64,000 nt of DNA. It comes from Octopus sinensis. Taxonomy: Eukaryota. The position numbers were made by a program, and so were the translations under genes. Below are positions 61,601 to 64,000 of this stretch, one piece after another (positions within the stretch are counted from its first letter, which is position 1; every line of letters starts with the position of its first letter). A model generated the notes under the pieces. The model had not been told where the DNA came from. It worked only from the letters and a program-made list of their open reading frames with translations, and searched no databases. The stretch is taken from the NCBI RefSeq assembly GCF_006345805.1, contig NC_043006.1, positions 29,078,001-29,142,000 on the forward strand. The letters run 5' to 3'.

Positions 61601-63830
61601 GTTTTTATGTGCCACCGACACAGGTGCCAGGTGAGGCTGGCGAACGGCCACGATCAGATGGTGTTTGTTGTGCCCACAGCACGGAGGCCAGTCGACGGCC
61701 ACGTTCGGATGGTTTTCTTGTGTGCCACCGGTACTGGAACCACAAAGATACAAATTCCATTGATATTCATCTATTTTGATTTGGTTTGATTTTCACTTGC
61801 CTCAACAGGTCTTCACAAGGGTCACACACTTGCCTCAACAGGTCTCCACAAGTGTCACACACTTGCCTCTGCCTCAACAGGTCTTCACAAGTGTCACACA
61901 CTTGCCTCAACAGGTCTTCACAAGTGTCATAAGAGGGAAGGTATGCACAGGTGGACTGACTACGTCGCCGGGTCTTCGGATGGTGTCTTTATGTGCCACC
62001 GGCACAGGTGCCAGATGAGGCTGGCGAACGGCCACGATCGGATGGTGTGTGTTGTGCCCACAGCACGGAGGCCAGTCGATGCGGTACTGGTTACGGCCAC
62101 GTTTGGGTGGTTTTCTTGTGTGCCACCGGCACTGGTACCACGAAGAATACAATTCCGACCTGTTGAGGCAGAGGCAAGTGTGTGACACTTGTGGAGACCT
62201 GTTGAGGCAAGTGTGTGACACGCGTGACACTTGTGAAGACCTGTTGAGGCAAGTGAAATCAAACCAAATCAAAATAGATGAACATCAATGGAATTTGTAT
62301 ATTTGTGGTTCCAGTACCGGTGGCACACAAGAAAACCATCCGATCGTGGCCGTTCGCCAGCCACATCTGGCACCTGTGTCGGTGGCACATAAAGACACCA
62401 TCCGAAGACCCGGCGACGTAGACAGTCCACCTATGCATACCTTCCTTCTTGTGACACTTGTGAAGACCTGTTGAGGCAAGTGAAAATCAAATCAAATCAA
62501 ATCAAATCAAATCAAATCAAATCAAATCAAATCAAAACAATCAAAATAGATGAACATAAATGGAATTTGTATCTTTGTGGTACCAGTGCGTGGTGGCACA
62601 CAAGAAAATCATCCGAACGTGGCCGTAGCCAGTACCGCATAGACTGGCCTCCGTGCTTTGGGGACGTAACAAACACCATCCGATCGTGGCCGTCTCCGCC
62701 AGCCTCATCTGGCACCTGTGTCGGTGGCACATAAAAACACCATCCGAGCGTGGCCGTCTGCCAGCCTCGTCTGGCACCTGTGTCGGTGGCACATAAAAAC
62801 ACCATCCGAGCGTGGCCGTTCGCCAGCCTCGTCTGGCACCTGTGTCGGTGGCACATAAAATCACCCACTACACTCTCGGAGTGGTTGGCGTTAGGAAGGG
62901 CATCCAGCTGTAGAAACACTGCCAGATCTGACTGGCCTGGTGCAGCCTTCGGGCTCCCCAGACCCCAGTTGAACCGTCCAACCCATGCTAGCATGGAAAA
63001 CGGACGCTAAATGATGATGATGATGATGATGATTTAATGTATCACTAATTTAAGATTGTATCCAGATTTGTACTCTTATTCACCAAAGGTCTTTGAAGAT
63101 GAGAGTACAAATGATTAATGTAAGATAATGTACATCACCTTTAATAAGAGATATAAATACGTTGAATTCTAAAACAAATTTTGTTTTCTTCAGGATTCTC
63201 TATATTCTGTTGAAGAACTGCTGAAAAAGCACAAAGCCTTTGAAAAGACTTTACATTCTCAACAAGACAAAATAGAAGACTTGAAACAATTTTCTGACAA
63301 CCTCTGCAATGAGCAACACTATGCAAGTGCTGAAATAAAGAATTTGAACCAAGCTGTTTGTGAAAGGCACCAGAAACTTTGGACTACTTCTCAGGCACGC
63401 CACAAGACTTTAGATGATGCCCGCAAATATCAGCTGTTCTTGCGTAATCTTTATGAAGTATGCATTTTTTAATTACATTGAGTTTTTGTGCATATGTTTA
63501 TGCTTGCATGTGCACACACACACACACACACACATACACACACACACACACACACACCATATGGACAACTATATTTTAATGAGGTTTCTTAAATATATAT
63601 TAACCGATAATCTGAAGTAATGAAAAAAAGAACAGAGCATACTGAGAATGGCCTGCTTATTAATGCTTAACATTTAAATTCAGGTTACTAATTGGATTCA
63701 AGAGAAACTGAAAATTGCCAGTGAAGAGAACTACAAGGATCCCACCAATTTACAAGCTAAGATCCAGAAACATACAGCATTTGAAGCAGAGTTAACAGCA
63801 AATCGCAATCGTGTTGATGATATTGTACAG
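820..63830 (+). CDS. SPTBN5: Beta-heavy spectrin (SPTBN5/karst-like), internal part: 39 exons, ~1748 aa, ~16-17 spectrin repeats; gene incomplete at both ends
   Basis: 39 GT-AG exons join in consistent phase with no stop. Recurrent spectrin-repeat motifs (WIxEK, DxGx[12 protein letters not shown], helix-C W) at ~100-106 aa spacing. More than 16 repeats with no SH3, EF-hand or PH domain in the window. Segments [25 protein letters not shown] and [21 protein letters not shown] resemble beta-H spectrins (from recall; family certain, orthology likely). Confidence 0.88.
1030..1094 (+). CDS. SPTBN5: spectrin exon 2
   Basis: tttcag|AAT...AC|gtaagt; [21 protein letters not shown](T). Confidence 0.9.
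1300..2720. repeat. Extremely AT-rich repeat, probably Penelope-associated, containing a hammerhead-like relic
   Basis: Almost pure A/T core at 1680-1860 with an internal ~33-bp tandem duplication; hammerhead-like fold on - strand at 1895-1996. No coding signal, so class is inferred. Confidence 0.4.
3059..3250. mobile_element. piggyBac-type MITE
   Basis: TTAA on both sides (3055-58, 3251-54); TIRs ctctttagcattta / taaatgctaaaggg (1 mismatch). Confidence 0.75.
3480..5560 (-). mobile_element. Decayed RTE-clade LINE (RT, C-terminus, 3' UTR)
   Basis: Fragments KAFDR..., [14 protein letters not shown]..., [16 protein letters not shown]; pyrimidine-rich UTR, then the family 3' end (ggaagggcatccag). 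Confidence 0.8.
5560..5960 (-). mobile_element. Degenerate SINE family B fragments
   Basis: aactggtatttattttatcaacc...gaaagggagtcaac...atttaaactcagaac is the reverse complement of the family B core seen at 54078. Confidence 0.55.
6925..7006 (+). CDS. SPTBN5: spectrin exon 3
   Basis: ttaag|T...CAG|gtaagt; [27 protein letters not shown]. Confidence 0.9.
7564..7984 (+). mobile_element. tRNA-derived SINE family A, full length
   Basis: Head ggagtggctgtgtggtaag (A-box-like) and ggttcagtccc (B-box-like); central (TA)n/(GT)n; tail aagtaaaagag. Confidence 0.9.
8379..8456 (+). CDS. SPTBN5: spectrin exon 4
   Basis: ttgtag|GAC...CTT|gtaagt; [26 protein letters not shown]. Confidence 0.9.
8590..9060 (-). 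mobile_element. Penelope-like element fragment (post-RT/thumb region), decayed
   Basis: Minus-strand translation [16 protein letters not shown]...ELKDRP*RNYPP resembles the PLE thumb motif NIPYxLAxRIxxIxS...RxYP. Confidence 0.5.
9110..9720 (-). mobile_element. Mariner transposase relic
   Basis: Minus strand [15 protein letters not shown] matches the mariner YSPDLAPSD motif; multiple stops. Confidence 0.6.
9880..10900 (-). mobile_element. Decayed RTE LINE 3' part
   Basis: Minus strand [24 protein letters not shown], then pyrimidine-rich UTR and family 3' end. Confidence 0.6.
10995..11122 (+). CDS. SPTBN5: spectrin exon 5
   Basis: tttcag|TTG...AA|gtaagt; [42 protein letters not shown](K). 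Confidence 0.9.
12084..12231 (+). CDS. SPTBN5: spectrin exon 6
   Basis: tttcag|A...CAG|gtatct; [49 protein letters not shown]. Confidence 0.88.
13375..13452 (+). CDS. SPTBN5: spectrin exon 7
   Basis: tgacag|GGC...CCG|gtatgt; [26 protein letters not shown]. Confidence 0.87.
14168..14307 (+). CDS. SPTBN5: spectrin exon 8
   Basis: ttgtag|GAC...CA|gtaagt; [46 protein letters not shown](H). Confidence 0.9.
16070..16193 (+). CDS. SPTBN5: spectrin exon 9
   Basis: ttttag|T...GAA|gtgagt; [41 protein letters not shown]. Confidence 0.9.
16739..16882 (+). CDS. SPTBN5: spectrin exon 10
   Basis: tttcag|CTG...AAG|gtattt; [48 protein letters not shown]. Confidence 0.92.
17117..17362 (-). mobile_element. 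RTE/BovB-like LINE 3' end, well preserved
   Basis: [68 protein letters not shown]; 3' gagtcgacttcgactgagcg resembles the BovB terminal motif. Confidence 0.8.
17365..18345 (+). mobile_element. RTE-clade LINE fragment (internally deleted RT), a different lineage
   Basis: [14 protein letters not shown]...[44 protein letters not shown]; C-term [25 protein letters not shown]. Confidence 0.8.
18615..18788 (+). CDS. SPTBN5: spectrin exon 11
   Basis: tggtag|GAT...ATT|gtaagt; [58 protein letters not shown]. Confidence 0.92.
19240..19329 (+). CDS. SPTBN5: spectrin exon 12 (begins with GTAAGT)
   Basis: tattag|GTAAGT...CAG|gtttgt; [30 protein letters not shown]. The downstream AGs I tried (after 19244 and 19252) give stops. 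Confidence 0.88.
19615..20460 (+). mobile_element. Penelope-like element GIY-YIG endonuclease fragment with inverted 5' segment
   Basis: + strand [40 protein letters not shown] (GIY-YIG); - strand 19615-19832 LRKIFTNAK...[12 protein letters not shown]...[12 protein letters not shown]. Confidence 0.8.
20471..20698 (+). mobile_element. SINE family A, 3' half
   Basis: Diverged match to 7760-7984. Confidence 0.8.
20705..21620 (-). mobile_element. Mariner (irritans/Hsmar2-like) transposase relic
   Basis: [63 protein letters not shown], plus upstream HTH-region fragments; broken by stops; TIRs not found. Confidence 0.8.
22129..22259 (+). CDS. SPTBN5: spectrin exon 13
   Basis: tctcag|AAC...GA|gtaaga; [43 protein letters not shown](E). 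Confidence 0.9.
22826..23012 (+). CDS. SPTBN5: spectrin exon 14
   Basis: ttccag|A...CAG|gtatga; [38 protein letters not shown]...AQNLHTKHQ. Confidence 0.92.
25245..25445 (+). CDS. SPTBN5: spectrin exon 15
   Basis: ttttag|AAA...AAG|gtataa; [48 protein letters not shown]...SLQTQK. Confidence 0.92.
26251..26915 (-). mobile_element. RTE LINE 3' end with long 3' UTR and (GAT)n tail
   Basis: Minus strand [26 protein letters not shown].., then a UTR with three ~60-bp internal repeats, ending (atc)n on +. This links the short 'family C' repeats to this RTE. Confidence 0.8.
27802..28032 (+). CDS. SPTBN5: spectrin exon 16
   Basis: ttcaaag|TAT...CAG|gttaga; [39 protein letters not shown]...PSMIRKTQ. 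Confidence 0.9.
28261..28455. repeat. Compound (CACA/CACT/CATT) microsatellite
   Basis: cacactcacattcacacactcacattca... tandem array. Confidence 0.9.
28637..28819 (+). CDS. SPTBN5: spectrin exon 17
   Basis: atttag|GAT...GAA|gtaagt; [61 protein letters not shown]. Confidence 0.93.
29472..29617 (+). CDS. SPTBN5: spectrin exon 18
   Basis: atccag|GTA...GC|gtgagt; [48 protein letters not shown](A). Confidence 0.92.
30909..31023 (+). CDS. SPTBN5: spectrin exon 19
   Basis: ttgcag|A...CAG|gtaaga; [38 protein letters not shown]. Confidence 0.93.
31061..31449 (+). mobile_element. SINE family A, full length, young
   Basis: Complete head, core and tail; begins ~38 nt after the exon 19 donor. Confidence 0.92.
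31928..32038 (+). CDS. SPTBN5: spectrin exon 20
   Basis: ttgcag|GAA...CAG|gtaaaa; [37 protein letters not shown]. Confidence 0.93.
32213..32395 (+). CDS. SPTBN5: spectrin exon 21
   Basis: ccacag|CTT...TCA|gtaagt; [61 protein letters not shown]. Confidence 0.93.
32762..33300 (-). mobile_element. Cluster of degenerate SINE family B fragments
   Basis: Repeated gaaaggatgaaaggcaaagtc(g/a)acc / atttgaactcagaa blocks, reverse complement of the family B core. Confidence 0.65.
34539..34742 (+). CDS. SPTBN5: spectrin exon 22
   Basis: ataaag|GTG...GAG|gtatgt; [45 protein letters not shown]...NNHYAKAE. Confidence 0.92.
35167..35554 (+). mobile_element. GC-rich 5'-truncated RTE LINE with 10-bp TSD
   Basis: TSD GGGTCTTTGT at 35157-66 and 35555-64; peptide [58 protein letters not shown]..; tail acaagtacaagtaaagtaa. 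Confidence 0.9.
36314..36463 (+). CDS. SPTBN5: spectrin exon 23
   Basis: cctcag|ATT...GAG|gtatgg; [50 protein letters not shown]. Confidence 0.92.
37308..37412 (+). CDS. SPTBN5: spectrin exon 24
   Basis: tttcag|GCT...AAA|gtatgt; [35 protein letters not shown]. Confidence 0.92.
37597..37688 (+). CDS. SPTBN5: spectrin exon 25
   Basis: tttcag|TTG...AG|gtattt; [30 protein letters not shown](R). Confidence 0.9.
38290..38710 (-). mobile_element. Highly decayed mariner transposase relic
   Basis: Weak similarity of [23 protein letters not shown]...[10 protein letters not shown] to mariner PKKVMxxVWWxxxGII..QL..HHDNARPH. Confidence 0.35.
38780..38870 (+). CDS. SPTBN5: spectrin exon 26
   Basis: ttgtag|G...GAG|gtaatt; [30 protein letters not shown]. 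Confidence 0.9.
39937..40095 (+). CDS. SPTBN5: spectrin exon 27
   Basis: ttatag|CTT...CAG|gtctgt; [53 protein letters not shown]. Confidence 0.92.
41345..41533 (+). CDS. SPTBN5: spectrin exon 28
   Basis: actcag|AAT...AAG|gtaatt; [63 protein letters not shown]. Confidence 0.92.
41871..42300 (-). mobile_element. SINE family A, full length
   Basis: Reverse complement of the 31061 copy, with central (CA)n. Confidence 0.92.
43219..43305 (+). CDS. SPTBN5: spectrin exon 29
   Basis: tttcag|GAA...GCT|gtaagt; [29 protein letters not shown]. Confidence 0.92.
43348..43793 (-). mobile_element. SINE family A, full length
   Basis: Reverse complement of the 31061 copy, with ~65 bp central (TA)n. Confidence 0.92.
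44530..45950 (-). mobile_element. RTE LINE RT fragment carrying a Cys-rich insertion
   Basis: [32 protein letters not shown]; GVHQGSVL; [12 protein letters not shown]; [11 protein letters not shown]; internally deleted 3' part. Confidence 0.88.
46041..46138 (+). CDS. SPTBN5: spectrin exon 30
   Basis: ttctag|GGC...GA|gtaaga; [32 protein letters not shown](D). Confidence 0.9.
46843..46957 (+). CDS. SPTBN5: spectrin exon 31
   Basis: ttctag|T...AAG|gtaaat; [38 protein letters not shown]. Confidence 0.93.
47235..47348 (+). CDS. SPTBN5: spectrin exon 32
   Basis: attcag|GAA...AAG|gtttgt; [38 protein letters not shown]. Confidence 0.92.
48671..48792 (+). CDS. SPTBN5: spectrin exon 33
   Basis: ttccag|AAA...CG|gtaagc; [40 protein letters not shown](R). 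Confidence 0.92.
49250..50283 (+). mobile_element. RTE LINE 3' fragment with UTR and (GAT)n tail
   Basis: [48 protein letters not shown]; ends atgttaaatgatgatgatgat. Confidence 0.85.
50575..50635 (+). CDS. SPTBN5: spectrin exon 34
   Basis: ttgcag|A...TCG|gtaatt; [20 protein letters not shown]. Confidence 0.9.
53098..53199 (+). CDS. SPTBN5: spectrin exon 35
   Basis: atttag|GTG...AAA|gttagt; [34 protein letters not shown]. Confidence 0.92.
53555..53745 (-). mobile_element. RTE 3'-UTR-derived short element (family C)
   Basis: cgctttccatgctggcatgggttggacgg...ggatgcccttcctaacgccaacc matches the 3' end of the 26251 and 62870-63033 elements. Confidence 0.8.
54078..54308 (+). mobile_element. tRNA-derived SINE family B (Meta-domain-like core), full length
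   Basis: ggcggcgagctggcagaaacgttagc head; gagttcaaattcc B box; core ctttgcctttcatcctt..ggggt(c/t)gataaa..aagtac..gtt; near-identical second copy at 54816. Confidence 0.85.
54346..54620 (-). mobile_element. Family C element, diverged
   Basis: (atc)n tail on +, then catgctggcatgggttgga..., with a duplicated ggatgcccttcc block. Confidence 0.75.
54816..55049 (+). mobile_element. SINE family B, full length
   Basis: Paralogous to 54078-54308. Confidence 0.85.
55730..56470 (-). mobile_element. Penelope-like element reverse transcriptase fragment
   Basis: [26 protein letters not shown]...[10 protein letters not shown] (PLE RT core); [19 protein letters not shown]; [17 protein letters not shown]...[14 protein letters not shown]. 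Confidence 0.85.
56689..56889 (+). CDS. SPTBN5: spectrin exon 36
   Basis: tattag|GCT...CAG|gttggt; [23 protein letters not shown]...[17 protein letters not shown]. Confidence 0.92.
58330..59110 (+). mobile_element. I-group (Nimb/Ingi-like) LINE 3' fragment, decayed
   Basis: [46 protein letters not shown]; C-terminal [13 protein letters not shown] zinc-knuckle-like motif. Confidence 0.65.
59270..59750 (+). mobile_element. Family C / RTE 3' UTR element with internal minisatellite
   Basis: Internal gagtgtgatcgttg..cagagcagct repeats; 3' end agcatggaaggcggacgttaaacgatgatgatgat. Confidence 0.85.
60043..60120 (+). CDS. SPTBN5: spectrin exon 37
   Basis: tttcag|ATA...GGG|gtaaat; [26 protein letters not shown]. 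Confidence 0.92.
60386..60604. mobile_element. piggyBac-type MITE
   Basis: TTAA flanks (60382-85, 60605-08); TIRs ccctatcgttac / gtaacgaaaggg (1 mismatch). Confidence 0.8.
61299..63033 (+). mobile_element. RTE 3'-UTR-derived insertion with inverted 5' segment (61299-62156) and (GAT)n tail
   Basis: ~400-bp tandem units built from 26-32-bp and ~60-bp subrepeats; orientation flips at 62156/62157; family C 3' end and tail at 62860-63033. Confidence 0.9.
63194..63457 (+). CDS. SPTBN5: spectrin exon 38
   Basis: cttcag|GAT...GAA|gtatgc; [30 protein letters not shown]...[14 protein letters not shown] (88 aa). Confidence 0.93.
63684..63830 (+). CDS. SPTBN5: spectrin exon 39
   Basis: attcag|GTT...CAG|gttagt; [49 protein letters not shown]. 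Confidence 0.93.
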
Positions 63831-64000
63831 GTTAGTTACAAAATCTAGTTATTTTTGACACTGACTTATTATGTTCATAACACTCTAATTTAAGCAAAGA
63901 CTGTAGCTTTTATTATCATCATATAGGCATAGGCTTGGTTTTGTGGCAAGAAGCTTGCTTCCAAACCTCATAGTTCCAGGTTCAGTCCCACTGCATGGCA

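Noticed and set aside
61385-61940. 26-32-bp direct repeats (cacttgcctcaacaggtcttcacaagtgtca) that look CRISPR-like
   Set aside because: Repeats are head-to-tail with no unique spacers, no cas genes or leader, and they sit inside a retroposon UTR in a eukaryotic intron.
61293-63010. Many overlapping 64-155 aa ORFs on both strands
   Set aside because: They are translations of tandem and inverted repeats; the same peptides recur with the repeat units.
29472-63690. Other exons starting with GT (18 GTATTG, 22 GTGCGA, 35 GTGAAC, 39 GTTACT) as recursive sites
   Set aside because: Poor match to the donor consensus; phase-0 exons starting with Val are expected by chance.

Overview
This is AT-rich eukaryotic genomic DNA, most likely from an octopus or other coleoid cephalopod; that call rests on recognising the SINE and RTE repeat families and was not database-checked. 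The whole window lies inside one + strand gene. I traced 39 consecutive GT-AG coding exons (820-63830) that splice in phase without a stop, giving 5245 nt or about 1748 aa. They encode roughly 16-17 tandem spectrin repeats of a beta-heavy spectrin (SPTBN5/karst/sma-1 type), and the gene starts and ends outside the window. The introns are packed with two tRNA-derived SINE families, several RTE LINE lineages, Penelope-like (PLE) fragments, mariner relics, an I-group LINE and TTAA-flanked piggyBac-type MITEs. I found no prokaryote-type system (no CRISPR, operon or rRNA) and no clearly new multi-gene system. The best leads are: (1) a 1.7-kb RTE 3'-UTR insertion with a 5' inversion and a perfect 189-bp inverted duplication, matching L1-style twin-priming geometry and forming a long pre-mRNA foldback next to an exon; (2) a GC-rich, TSD-flanked RTE resembling liver-fluke RTEs, a horizontal transfer candidate; (3) an in-frame exon starting AG|GTAAGT, a recursive-splicing signature; (4) a PHD-type zinc finger inserted inside the RT domain of a local RTE family; (5) decayed hammerhead-ribozyme motifs.
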